NCBI RefSeq assembly: GCF_030144855.1 | Contig: NC_082731.1 | Coordinates: 22,816,001 to 22,880,000, forward strand | Direction: 5' to 3' | DNA: 64,000 nucleotides | Source of the DNA: Hypanus sabinus | Taxonomy: Eukaryota | Notes under the pieces: generated by a model | The model's input: the letters and a program-made list of their open reading frames with translations, nothing else | The model's database searches: none | What the model was told of the DNA's origin: nothing | Translations under genes and position numbers: made by a program | Shown here: in pieces, positions 26,100 to 38,900 of the stretch | How positions within the stretch are numbered: the stretch's first letter is position 1 | Layout: each line of letters starts with the position of its first letter

Positions 26100-27234
26100 G
26101 AAGGCTCCCGTTAATTACATTCTTTGAAGTATCGCAGAATTGAGTTTAAGTCACTTCATGTTGATACTGGATATTCTGGAGTTGAAAAGACATATGGATT
26201 TCTCAGGGAACGATTCTATTGGTCCCAAATTATCTGGAGGTCAAGGAACACTACAAATCTTGCATTCGATCCACTAGGAGGAGGACGCTACCAACTAGAG
26301 AGACGACAATGTCGCACTTTAAGAATGCGGGGCCCTTTGACCTGTTGGGGGCAACGTATTTAACATCTGGTCCACAATTACAACTGGAAACGGAATGAAA
26401 ATACTAGGTACATGCACCATTATCAGATGTTTGGGCACGAAGCGAGGTTGCCCATCGACCTTTGCTTTAGGGCCGGCGATGAAAACCTACTGCCGAAGAT
26501 TACATTATAAGATGGGAACTTAAAAGGGCTCAGGAAAGAGGTGAGATCGTATATGCAAAATTTAACAAGGAAATAAGGGAAGGTTTCATCGAAAGTTTAA
26601 TTACTCAATGTCAAGCCGGGATACCAAATCCTCTGAGGAAATTTAGGGCTACTTGGGACGTATCAGTTGGCTGAACAATGGGCGGCTCCGCCCTGTGAAG
26701 TGAAGATTAACATGCCAGAGATACTAATTTTCCGGGTGAAACCAAAATGGGAATGGGCCTGTCACGATTATCGATCGGAACCTCCTTCTGCCTCTGGGAC
26801 AAGATGAACGGGTTGACCCAGAGCCCGAACTGGAGCTTAAACCTAGTAGGTGGATTCTGCGGCGGCGCGGATGTCTGATCGAGCAAAAGCATGAGCGATT
26901 AGACCGCCCCCAGGCCACCCCGGAATCGTATACTAATTGGGAGAAAGAGGAAATGGGCCTGTGTTATATTCTTATTTTTGCTAATTACCCACTGATTGAG
27001 GAAGAAATTCCCAATCATTTTCTCGGTGTCAGTTGGATTCGGTGTGTGGGGTGTGGCTGGCGGTTGCTATCTGTGAACAGATGGATTCAGCGGGACCCTG
27101 CACGGGTTGGAACGCAGCTCCGCCAACCGTTCCGAGTTTCAGAAGGACTCGAGTTTGTGTCTTTGCATGTAGCATTGGCAATATATCAGAATTCCATGAG
27201 GAGTTCACTAAATTTGGTCGAGCAGATTTTAACA
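26100..27234 (+). mobile_element. Gypsy integrase and probable 3' LTR relic (paralog 61130-62304)
   Basis: LHVDTGYSGVEKTYGFLRERFYWS; MFGHEARLPIDLCF. Purine tract GGGAGAAAGAGGAAA followed by TGTTATAT at about 26962 (62033 in copy B). Confidence 0.7.
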
Positions 27235-28288
27235 TTTGGCATTGGTGATTCAATGGTACTCCATTAAACAGAAAAAAACCGGTATTCGCTTCGGTGGAAT
27301 GCAATCATAAATGCGAAAAGGAGGAAGAATTAGCCACAATAAACAAAAAGTTAGATCAAACATGAAATGTGATCAAAAGCCAGGAAGACACGGATGCCCG
27401 TTTACTTTAAACTTTTTTTTTCTCGTAATTTCTATTCCAGAGATTATTCCTGCAATTCCACCGTGGTTTACATACATACAGAGCAACAAATAATTAAAGT
27501 ACATTCACGCTGCTGTACAGGCACCCAGTGAGAAAGGCCAGTCTTTGAAGTGCCATAACAAGAACGTGTATTGCAGCCACAATTTCAAATACAGCAAAAT
27601 GTTCTATAAAACGTGTGCTTTATCTTTCTAGATCTAATATTCAGTTTATTATTATGGATCACTGTCGGAGTGAAGATCGATACAAAGAGAAAGAGGGAAG
27701 CAAAAATATCAGGGTCTGCTAATCTCTATAATAGAGATAGAATACTTTTGCTGGATCCTTCTACTTCCGTATGCATCCTTACGAAGCATAAACGCACTAA
27801 ATTAGTTCCAAATGTTGCGTCTGTTTTTAATAATGTTCCTAAATGTACTGTGGAAGAAGCGCCGACATCTCTCCTGAAACAGTTTCTTTGTGCCTCTACT
27901 AAACGTTCACCACATCCTACAGACAGGGTTCTAGCGAAGGAAACAGAATGTTAATTGCCATATGAAGAAGAAGAAAAAAAGCAGTACCGTGCATATGCTC
28001 TCTATTCGGTCATTGATGTGAATGATTTATTTTATTTTTACTATTTAGCTGGCAGTTAGTGAATGTGTTTCTTCGCAAATGCAGCAATAATGCTCGTACA
28101 GACGTCGTCCATTGTTGATCCTGGATCTTCCACATTTCCTCTGTGACACTTTGAATTAGTTTCTCATTCGTCAGACCATAAGGAACAGGAACAGAGTTAT
28201 GGTATTTTTACCATCCGGTCTACATTCTGTCAATATGATTTTAAATGTTTTGAAAAGTGCTCCTATGTTCCATGTTTTTTTTTCTGAC

Positions 28289-28580
28289 GTTACCGTGACG
28301 GAGTAAACCCATCACAAAGGATCCGTCTGTGCTGCTGGTTGAAGAGCGACAGACATTAAGCTTGAATTCTCGTAATTAACCAGCATTTTGTGATACTTTG
28401 TGCTGTATTTCACATTCAAGATTACATCCAGGCAGGTTTGTCAAATGGGAATGATTTGATCCCAATGGCATCAACTGGCGGAACAGAAGATTCCACTTTC
28501 TGATTGGAAATGGTGATCCATATTTGAACTGTGCTTCCTGCCACATCTTGCCGAATCCGTTATCTGCCCGAACATCAATA
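28289..28580 (+). pseudogene. Possible heavily decayed V-segment relic with RSS-like remnant
   Basis: ITKDPSVLLVEERQTLSLNS has Ser (TCT) at the Cys23 register. Downstream FHFLIGN...CAS (TGT at 28530), then CACATCT + 23 nt + ACATCAATA (28542-28580). The middle is short and scrambled. Confidence 0.35.
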
Positions 28581-28869
28581 AAAAAAAAAGAACATGCGCT
28601 CTTAATTTCCGGTGTTGACAAACTCTCATAATTCCAAGCTGGCTTTAGTTTATAAAGCCGATGTAAACGTTTGGAGATTTCATTTTTTCCTGTTCTTCGT
28701 TTTTAATGACTTTTTTGTAGGGGTCTGAGGAGACAAGTCGGAATCCAGGAAAAAGCTTCTGTTTACAGTTGAATACTCAAACCTGAACACTTAACAAAAC
28801 TTGCTCCGCAGCCTATGATATAGAAACTTTCGTCTTGGACATTCCGTTATACCATGATTTCGTTATATA

Positions 28870-31800
28870 TTTCACAGCAGCAGAATCATGGTATACAGCT
28901 TTAGTAATGACGTAGGAATAAAAAACGAGAATGTCCTGAAGAATGAATCTAGAAAGCTTTGTAGGAAGTTAAAAAGCAGGGCGGTAATGTAAGGATTGCT
29001 ACCTGTGCCACGTGCCAGTGAGGGGAAGAGTAGGATACTCTGGCGGATTAACACGTGGCTGAGGAACTGGTGTAGGGGGCACTGTTTCAGATTGCAGGAT
29101 CATTGGGTTCTCCTCTGGGGCAGGTGGGACCTGTACAATAGAGAACTGTTACGCCTCAACTACACGGGACCCAATGTCCATGCTGTGAGCATTTTAGAGT
29201 TATCGGGGAGGGCTTAAATAGATGTGCAAGTGGATGGGAACCACAGCGACGGAGCAGATACTGGGGCAGGAGTGAAAATAAATAATGTTAAATGTTCACA
29301 CAGAGTCACAAATAGATAGCTTGTGTGTGGTGATAATAATCTGCTGTGATGTGTCTATGTCAATGCGAGTAGTATTGTGGGTAAGGCAGACAAACTGAGA
29401 ATTGGTTTGACCGGTGGAAGTATGACATTTTAGCTACCAGTGAATCTTGGCTACAGGAAAGGCAGGACTGGAATCTTAATTTTCCAGGGTTAAATGATTT
29501 AGACGTGATAGAGGCAGAAGGATGAAGGGTTGAGGGCGGGGTTGGATGTTGGTATAGCCAGTCATGGAAAATGTGACAGGCAGGACAGTTTGGGCGGCTT
29601 GTCTACCGAGACCTATAGGGGGAGCTGAGACAAAAGAAATGTATGACCACACGAATGGGGTTGTTATACAGAGCCCCCATTAGTCAGCCAGCACTGGAGG
29701 AGAAAATCTGCAGAGAGACAGCAGACAGCTGCAGAAAACATAATATTGTGATCGTAGGGGATTTGAATTTTACACATATTGATATAAAGTTGTACAAGGC
29801 ATTGGTAAGGCCAAATTTGGAATATTGTGTGCAGTTCTGGTCACCGAATTATAGGAAAGATATCAATAAATTAGAGAGAGTGCAGAGACGATTTACTAGG
29901 ATGTTACCTGGGTTTCAGCAATTAAGTTACAGAGAAAGGTTGAACAAGTTAGGTCTCTATTCATTGGAGCGTAGAAGGTTGAGGGGGGATTTGATCGAGG
30001 TATTTAAAATTTTGAGAGGGATAGATAGAGTTGACGTGAACAGGCTGTTTCCATTGAGAGTAGGGGAGATTCAAACTAGAGGACATGATTTGAGAGTTAG
30101 GGGGCAGAAGTTTAAGGGAAACACGAGGGGGTATTTCTTTACTCAAAGAGTGATAGCTTTGTGGAATGAGCTTCCTGTAGAAGTAGTAGAGGCCAGTTCA
30201 GTTGTGTCACTTAAGGTAAAATTGGATAGGTATATGGACACGAAAGGAGTGGAGGGTTATGGGCTGAGTGCGGGTAGGTGGGACTAGGTGAGATTAAGGG
30301 TTCGGCACGGACTAGGAGGGCCAAGAGGGCCTGTTTCCGTGCTGTGATTGTTATATGGTTATATGATTGGGACGCCCATACTGTTCAGGATCTCGAGGTG
30401 TTACAGTTGTAAAATGTGTTCAGGAAAGCTTTCTAAATCAATATATAAAGGTACCAACTAGAGAGGATGCAATATTAGATCACCTATTAAGAAACGAGTT
30501 AGGACAGGTGACGGAAGTGCGTGTAGGGAAAAACGTTGGTTCCAGTGATAATAACACCTTTAGTTTGAACTATATCATGGATAAAGATAGATCTGGTCCG
30601 CGGTTTGAGTTTCTAGACTGGTAAAAGGTCAAATTTGAAGAAATGAGAAAGGATCTAAAGAGCGTGAATTGGGACCGGTTGTTCTCTGGGTAGTATTTAA
30701 TTGGTAAGTTGGAGGCATTCAGATAAGTTTTGAGAGTGCACAGTTTGTCTTCCTGTCAGGATTAAAGGCAAAGTGAATAAGGATAAGGAACCTTGGTTCT
30801 TGAGATATATTGGAGCTCTGATAAAGAAGAAGAGAGGGAGAAATATAACATGTATAGGAAACATGAACAAATAAGGTGCTTGCGGAGTATAAAAAGTGCA
30901 AAAAAATCAAGAAAGAAATCAGGAGGGCTAAAATGAGACATGAGGTTGTTTTAGCAGTCAAGTTAAAGGGTAATCCTAAGAGTTTAGATAGGTATATAAA
31001 GAGCAAAATATATTAAGTGATATAATTGGTCCACTTGAAGATCAGAGTGGTCGGCCATATATGGAAGCAAAGGGTTTGGGGTAGATCTTTAAATGAATTT
31101 TGCGTCTGTGTTTACTAAGGAAACTGGTATGGAGTCTATGGAAATAAGGCAAACAGATTGTGAGGTCATGGAATCTATACAGATTGAGGAGGAGGAGCTG
31201 ATTGCTGTCTTCAGGCACATCAGAGTAGATAAATTCCCAGGACCTGGCAGGATATTCCCTTGGACCTCGAAAGACAGTAGTCTTGATATTGAAGTTGCCC
31301 TGGCAGATATATTTAAAATGACGGTATCTACGGGTGAGGTGACGGAGGATTGGAGGATATCTCATGTTGTTCCATTGTTTAAAAAAGGATCTAAATGTCA
31401 TCCGGGAAATTTTAGGCCTGTCCTTTTGACGTAATTAGTATGTAAATTGTTGGAAGGAGTATTAAGAGATAGTATTGAGATAGACGAAAATGTTAAGGAG
31501 AGTCAACATGGCGTTGCGCGCGGTAGGTCAAGTTTAACCAATCTATCAGAGTTTTTCGAGGAAGTTATCAAGAAAGTGGATGAAGGGAAGGCAGTAGAGG
31601 TTGTCTACATGGACTTCACTAAGGCCTTTGACATGCCCCCGCATGGGAGGATAGTTAGGAACACTGCGTTGCTAGGTATACGTAGTGATTTAGTGAATTG
31701 GATTAGATATTGGCTTAGTGGGAGAAGCCAGAAAGCAGCAGTGGAGGATTGTTTCTCTGAGTGGTGTCCGGTGATTAGTTGTGTACCTGAGGGATCAGTG

Positions 31801-32770
31801 CTGGGCCCATTGCTATCTATCAACTACATCAATGATCTGAATGATAAAGTGGGAAACTGGATCAGCAAATCTGCTGATGATAAAATGATTGGAGATGAGG
31901 CGGACAGTGAGGAAGGCTTGCAAAGCTTGTAGAGGGATTTGAACCACCTGGAAAAATGGGCTCAAAAATTGAGTTTAATGCAGACAAATGTGAGTTATTG
32001 CACTTATGGAAGTAAAAACCACCGTCTAACATACCAGGTAAATGGTAGGATACTGCGGAATGCAGAAGAAGAGAGTGACCAGGTATATAATTCGCTAAAT
32101 GTGGGCTCAAATATAGATACGATCGTCAAGAGAGTTTTGGCATATTGCACTTTATGCATCAAAGTACTGAGTATAATAGTTGGAATATTATGGTGAGGTT
32201 GCATAAGACATTGGTGAGCATAATTTGGAATATTGTGAGAAGTTTTTTACAACTAATTACAAGAAGGGTATTAATAAAGTTGAAGGATTGCAGTGAACAA
32301 TGACAGGGATGATGCCGGGATTTGAGAAACTGAGTTACAGAGAAAGGCTGAATAGGTTAAACCTTAATACCTGGAGAGTAGAAGAATGAAGGGAAATTTG
32401 ATAGAGGTACATAACATTATGATGTGTACAGACAGAGTGAATGCAAGCAGGCTTCTTCGACTGACGCTAAGGAAGCGGAAAACCTATCAGAGGACATGTG
32501 TTACAGCTGAAGTAGAAAAAAAAAATAAAGGGATCATAGGGGGTGGGGCTTCTGCACACAGACTGCAGTGGGAGTGTGGAATAAGCTGCCAGATGAAGTG
32601 GTCAATGCAGGCCGACTTTTAACATTTAAGAAAATTACTTGGACAGGTACATGGATGAGATTGGTATGGAGGGATATAGTCCAGGTGCAGGTCAGTGGGA
32701 CTAGGCAGAGAAAAATGGTTCGACATAGTCAAGAAATTTCGAAGTGCCTTTTTCTGTGCTGTAATATGTT
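28870..32770 (+). mobile_element. Old CR1 LINE (ORF1 esterase-like end, APE, RT), interrupted
   Basis: INTWLRNWCRG...QDHW (ORF1); IVIVGDLNF (APE); NFRPVLLT, SQHG, VVYMDFTKAFD, VPEGSVLGPLL, SKSADDK. Many lesions. Confidence 0.88.
29784..30360 (+). mobile_element. Younger 5'-truncated CR1 nested in the older CR1
   Basis: Uninterrupted C-terminus LYKALVRPNLEYCVQFWSP...LERRRLRGDLIEVFK...FFTQRVIALWNELP...GRWD*, then 3' UTR and GTTATAT tail. Flanked by ATATTGAT (29776-83) and ATATGAT (30361-67). The host frame HID|WDAHT is split exactly here. Confidence 0.88.
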
Positions 32771-33424
32771 TTGGTTCTTATCAGGAGGGTTTCAGAATTA
32801 AGCTGGACTGCACGATCAAAGTACTAGGTAACAGATCATCCAATTTTGTTTCTATGTACCTTCTTGGCCAGCTCCTACGATACGTGCTGTAAAGCCAGAA
32901 CAAAGTCAAAGATTAGTTTGATCATGAATGACTTATAAAGTTAAGTGCAGTTCATTTATAAACCAGCAACAGTATCACAGTCACATTGCCGCATGTAAGC
33001 ACAATTCATATATACAAATGTAAGCCGTGATTATGCACATCTGTACACGACTGAACGCGATTAAAATTGGAAGAAAAAGACATTTCTGCTATTACAGTAA
33101 TTAAAGTGTTTAAACTGTCTGAACACTGTAGAGATGATATATCTACCTCTCTGAAATCAATTCCCTGGACACAGATTGTCTCTGGGATTTATTTGAAGAC
33201 ATGTCATAATCTGAACTTCCCACAGAAACATGTCTACGAAGCTGCGTAACGGGATGACATCTTTCAAATACTCAACACTTCGACCGCACAGAAGCGCAGG
33301 AGGCGGTACAGCGGTGACGAAGTATCAAAGGTGACAAGTTTCAACCATAGCAAGCATGTTGTGCGCCTGTATAGAACAGGGATTACCCACTGAGAATTAT
33401 TTATTTAGCCTGTGTGATCTCTGG

Positions 33425-33618
33425 GATAGAGAGAGACAGAGAAAGAGAGAGATAGAGAGTGAATGAGATAGAGATAGAAAGTTAGAGAGAAATAGAGAGA
33501 GAGGGAGAGAGAGAGAGAGTAAAAGAGAGAGAGAGAGAGTAAGAGAGAGAGAGAGAGAGAGAGAGAGATGAAGACAGACAGAGAGAGTAAAAGGGAGAGA
33601 CAGACAGACAGACAGACA
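33425..33618. repeat. Compound (GA)n/(GACA)n microsatellite
   Basis: Directly visible; immediately upstream of the 33.7-kb V relic. Confidence 0.95.
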
Positions 33619-33640
33619 TCCAGATGATCGAACTGAGACA

Positions 33641-33672
33641 TAACCACATAACCACCGGGGAATTTTCTTCCT
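33641..33672 (+). promoter_or_regulatory. Candidate V promoter motifs (RUNX TAACCACA, second TAACCAC, ETS-like CTTCCT)
   Basis: Lie 20-50 bp upstream of the putative leader ATG at 33690. RUNX and ETS sites are known in TCR regulatory DNA, but such short motifs can occur by chance. Confidence 0.3.
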
Positions 33673-33689
33673 TTCGCATACTCATTCCC

Positions 33690-34140
33690 ATGCAGCACCA
33701 AACCTTCACTGCTGATGATACCTGCACTTAACGGTGAGTCTGTATTTTTCCCTGTCACGTTAGCGTCTGGATCTCATTTTCACTGTCGGCCTGTCCACAC
33801 ATTTTGCTCATGTCGTTCGGAACTTCTGATAAATATTCTGGCTCCCAGTTGCTCTCGGAGATAATATTTGAGGAAGGTCAGAATATAACAATGAACTTTA
33901 ATTATCGTGCAGTTTTGATGCAGATACTGTTCGTTGTATCTACAATATCCCAGAGATTCGCAGACACATCCACTGAAGGGACTATGCCTTGGTTACGCAC
34001 AACAGCCGCCCGATTTGCCAGATTGATGTTCTGTATTGCAAGAGAGAGACTGCTTCAGGTTACTATAAGTAGTTCTGCAGTTATTTCCTCTACGTCAGTC
34101 CTGTGGCTCTATATTATAATGACAAAACTGCTTTCGGCAA
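33690..34140 (+). pseudogene. Degenerate TRAV-like V pseudogene of a different family
   Basis: Leader-like ATG...KPSLLMIPALN-G with a perfect GTGAGT donor at 33734-39 (leader frameshifted). YSGSQLLSEIIFEEGQNITMNFNY aligns in register with NSVTQ...VTFSCIY (Cys23 TGT>TTT at 33897). After frameshifts: (W>L)YLQYP at 33934, D*(R)(F>C)SV, TISSSAV, and a candidate Cys104 TGT at 34102, 205 nt after Cys23. Confidence 0.62.
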
Positions 34141-36179
34141 AAAAGCAGATGTGAAAAACGATGCTGAATAAGAACCCTCGAGATCCCACGAGAGTGCATT
34201 CTCAACTGGGTGAGATGAAACTTTGCTCCAGCAATCCAAGAAGATAGATCAGAGCGACCATGCTGGTATATGAAGCCGAATAGGGTTTGGCAAGTCCAGG
34301 TGTTGAAAGCAGCGGTTGGTGAAATTCGGTGTGTAAACGATAAGTTGCCCCCAGATGTGTTATGTGATTCGCTTTTCACTTAGCAATCTGCGTTTCTTTG
34401 CACCCAAGACTTCAGGGCAACGTTTCTGCAAAAAATCTAGTTCAATGAGAGAAACAAATAATACAAAGTTCACCATGCTAAAGAAACGTTCCTCGTGTAT
34501 TGTTTTCTCCAAATTCAAGACCTCCTGTAAATCTTTGACGTGCGGGGATTAATTGTGGGGCTGTAAGGATCTGTGAGTGCCAAATAGTAAAAGTTCTCCA
34601 AAATGTTAAACAGTTTTTGGACAGGAAAGGACGTTAATCAAGAATGTCAGAGCAATCTTGCATGAGTTGGTGAAGGGCATTGATGGTGTTGATATCCAGA
34701 GGCTTTTTTCCCATGGCAGAAGGGGCTAACACGAGGGTTGGAATAGCTTTAATTTGCTTGAAAATAAGTGCAGACGGAATGTCAGAGGTACGATTTTCTC
34801 ATATAGAGTGTTGAGTGCATGGAATGCACTAACGGCTGCGGCGGTGGAAGCATATATCATGTCGCCTTTTGAAAGCCGCTTAGATCGGAATATGGAGCTT
34901 ATACAAATAGAGGACAATGCATTACGGTAATTCTAAACAGTTTCTAGGGTAGACTGCGTGGTCGCCAAAACATTGCACTGTACCAATCTGTAGATTTCCA
35001 TGTTTTACTTTCTATTTTCACTGCAGTTGTCCATGCGGTTATAGAGAAAATAACAAATTATTCACTTGTGTTGAATTCATCCCCACAGAGCTACATTACC
35101 TCTTTAAGATAACCTCAGTACCTATATCTTCAGGTGCTTCTCCTCAGCAGGCAGAACACCAGTGGAGTCAGGATGTTGTTGCACCTATCACTTGGAACCA
35201 TATATACATCTTGGTGTATCCTATTGTCAGGTCGCATTTCCCATTGCAGAGAAGGAGGACTTGTAATCCAGGAGTTAAGTGAAACATCGGAATAAGGAAT
35301 TATAACAGCAGTTAGAATAACCCAGCGTGATTAATGCCGATTCCCAATATTTTCCATTTGCATTTTTAAGCATTTGTGGTCTCTACGCGGTTTGCACGTG
35401 TTGTTTTATAGCAAAAAGAATTTTTTGCAGAGTTCATTGTATACATACATTTGAATTTTGTTTTTTTTGAATTTGCACTCATCTCTTGAGGCTGTTCTAT
35501 ATTTCCTGGTGCATGATGGGCGGATAAATTTGATGCTTTCACATTTACACTCAAAGATCGTCTTGAGAGAAGGAAATCCCTTTGTTTGTCAGGGTGGAAA
35601 AGTAATTATTGCGAATCAGACGAGTTGCATTTCATCCAAACTTTGCATTATACATTTGCACATTCCGATTTTGCACTCCAAATGACCAAAACACTCACAT
35701 TTCATAAAATTGCAATTAAACAACAATGTTCTTAAAACATCTTTGTTGGACTGTGTCAAAAATGTTTCTTAGTTTAAATGCACTTGAAATGAAGATTGTC
35801 GGAAACGTTCCGCGAATTGTAGTGTCACAACTGCTCGGTTCTTACATCAAATTACGGCCCATGCGATCTTAATGCATCTTAATCTTAATGCATCCCTCTC
35901 CACTTCTGACCCATGCCTCTTGACCGATTTGAAGCTTAAATTAATATCCAAATTGCGCTCTGAATATATATTATTAATGACTATGATTACACAAGTCTCT
36001 TTCGTAATTAGTCACAGGCCAATGGAAGAGTAAGTTTTTGCTCGTTAATGCTTTCGAACTAAACTTCTGCACCTTGTTAAAAGTAATATTTCCCTCAGAG
36101 CAAGAGGCCACAATGACGAACACATTCCAGCAAATCCACCGTTGTAGAACAACGCAAATGAGTATGTTTCAGCAAGTTA

Positions 36180-36182
<3 letters not shown>

Positions 36183-36218
<36 letters not shown>
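36183..36218. repeat. (AT)n microsatellite
   Basis: 18 AT units; only a short TATATATA at the paralogous site (about 1012-1021). Confidence 0.95.
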
Positions 36219-36224
<6 letters not shown>

Positions 36225-38019
36225 ATATCGTTTTTCGGGCGATGTCGATGTTTTTTTTATTTTCTTCAAATTCAGATCAATGCTTCATTAATTTTTCCCC
36301 TAACTGTTTTTTTTTTTTTGTTTCAGATTGAGTAATTCTGCATTGATGTCCAAATCTGTGCCGAAAAACAAACACAGAAACATGGATACTTAGAAAGCCT
36401 ACTTCAAAATACAGGGCTTTCGGCCAGCAATTTTGGGCCGAACATGTACCTGCATTAGAAATTACTTGCGTTATCCATAGCACTCTATTTTTCTAAATCG
36501 CTTGTGACTATTCAAAAGCCACTTAAAATACCCTATCGTATCCGCCTTTACTATCGTGGCCGGCAGCCCATTCCACACACTAACCAATCACTACGTAAGA
36601 AACTTACCACTGATATGTCTTCTGTACCTACTTACAAGCAACTTAAACATGTGCCCTCTTGTGGCAGCCATTTCAGCCCTGGAGAGAAAAAAAAAACACT
36701 CTGACGATCTACACGATCAATGCCTCTCACCATCTTACACACCTGAATCAATTATACTAACATAGATATAGTAGCTCCCAAACCAAAGTATAACTTTGTT
36801 TTAATTTTTCCATCTACGGTTTAAAAAAAAACGCGTATTTATTCATGTTGTTCCCCTTGTACCACAGTTTTTTTTTCGTTCTTTTATGGGAATAAAAAAT
36901 CGCAATATCTTAGTTTCCTTCAGAAAATTGCTCATGGAGACTTGAACTGATATTCTGATTCCATTTGATAATGTAGTTATAGCCAATTAAAATTAGAAAC
37001 ATTTACGGATTTAGTCGCACCCTGAAGATACTGGCAGCACTTCAGTGTAGGAAAAAGATCCGTAGGCGACTGCTTTTGCAATGTGCAGTAACAGCCACTT
37101 TCAAATTTTCAACCCGGTACAGTAGTATATTTATAATTTATGTGATATTTTGTATGCATGTACTTTGATGAAACATTCTTATACATTTAAATAATTCATT
37201 CCGATTCATATGCATAGATCTATCAGCTGCACAGTTATTTGTGCGCTCCGCTCTTTAGGTAAATTCAAAATGTGAAACGCACTACGCGACGCACGAGTTT
37301 TCCTTTGAATTAGTTCACTGATTTGGTTAGAACACAAAATAGAAAGGGCACTATTACATGCATTCTAATTGTTAGTGTTATTGACGTCATGTTACATCCG
37401 GTCAAATATTTATCAATAATGTAAAATTTTGCGGTTTCCTGCGTTAGAAAAAACCCAACAACATTCAGAAACAGGAGCAGGAAATGTCCATTCAAATACT
37501 GCAGATTACACCACTGGTCATACAACTGAGCACCAATCAATTCTTGATTCGGTGCTGCTCTACTTCAGGCTGCCCGGATGTGCGCCCGAGAGCCCAATCT
37601 ATTGCTTCGCAGAAGTGACTCCTGTAGTCCAATCTGTTTATCAATGTTGCCGGTGATATACATTTATGTTATCCACAACTGATGATCAACATTTGCAAAA
37701 CATTTCACCCATGTTCTGCTTATAAAAACCTCCTTCCCAAAGTTTTTTTATAATTTAAAGACCATCTTTTTTCGAAATTACGCTTTCGATTTCAATTCAT
37801 TACTCTAAAACCGATGAAAGTTTACATCTCTAGTATGATCTTACCGTCATAACTGTTGAGTGTTGTTTCTCAGACGCGTTAAACTATAACTGAGGAATGC
37901 TACCACCCAAAACGGTACCCCCAAATTTCTTCTACCTATAAAGCCGATCGACAGATGACGCAAAATACACTGTTCTACATACCTTTTTTAAACATCTTGA
38001 GTAAAAGGACGCTTCTCAG

Positions 38020-38900
38020 AGAATGCTGTTCTTGGACTACAGTTCAGCATTCAACACCATCATTCCATCCGACATACACCGCAAGCTCATCGACCTTGGC
38101 CTTCAGACTCCCTGGTGAAGCAGGATCGTGGATTTCCTGTCAGATCACCGCCAGATGATAAGAGTGCGATCTTTCACCTCCACCCCTCTGACTCTCCACA
38201 CAGGAGCCCAACAGGGCTGTGTACTAAGTGTTCTCCTTTGCTTCCTGTGTACCCATGAATTATTCGCCATCCACAGCTCCAATACGCTAACTAAATTTGC
38301 GGACGATACTACTCTGAGTGTCCCAATCTTAAAAAAAATACATTGTGGTGGCCAAACGGGAAGAGGTCACCGTCTTTCCGACGGTGGAGTATGTTTTGTA
38401 AGTGCTCCAAGTACTAAGAACTTTCCACAGGGGCATATAAAAGAGCATCCTGCTTGTCTGCATTACTGCCTATCATGGGATCTGTCCTGCCTTTAATCAC
38501 AGGATTCTGCAGAGAGTTGAAGCGGAAAACCCAGAGAATCAGCAGCTGTGACCTTCTCATTATTCGGGACATTTACAAAGACAGATGTGATAAAGGGCGC
38601 GAAAGGTCATCGGGCCCCACGTCACCCCGAAATCAATCTATTACAGCTGCTACCACGTGGGAAACGGTAACGAACATAAAATCCAAGACCAGCAGGCTCA
38701 GGGACAGCTTCTTCCAACAGCCCATCAGACTGATTAACTCACGATGGCGAGTGTATTTACATCTTACGTTCACTCTTCTATTGATTATAAATTATTATAA
38801 ATTGCTATGATTGCACATTACACATTGAAACGAAGATATAAAGTAAATATGTTTATTTATGCATGTGAAGGAGGTAAAAATAAAGCCATCTCAATTCAAA
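38020..38900 (+). mobile_element. Rex1/Babar-like LINE RT and 3' fragment
   Basis: [53 protein letters not shown]. Confidence 0.78.

Larger units (their letters stand above)
1..27234. repeat. Segmental duplication copy A
   Basis: Collinear blocks match 34845-62304. Examples: 71-120 with 35241-35290; 3110-8606 with 40245-46135; 10414-17900 with 46145-53995; V locus 23248 with 55973. Homology ends at GATTTTAACA (27234 and 62304). It may extend left of the window. Confidence 0.93.

Noticed and set aside
33405-33758. 117-aa and 81-aa minus-strand ORFs
   Set aside because: Mostly translation of the (GA)n microsatellite (LSLSLS).
37429-37656. ORF containing LLYFRLPGCAPE, resembling FR2
   Set aside because: No flanking Cys23, YxC or RSS. 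The other V-like word (CCSTSG) overlaps it in a different frame.
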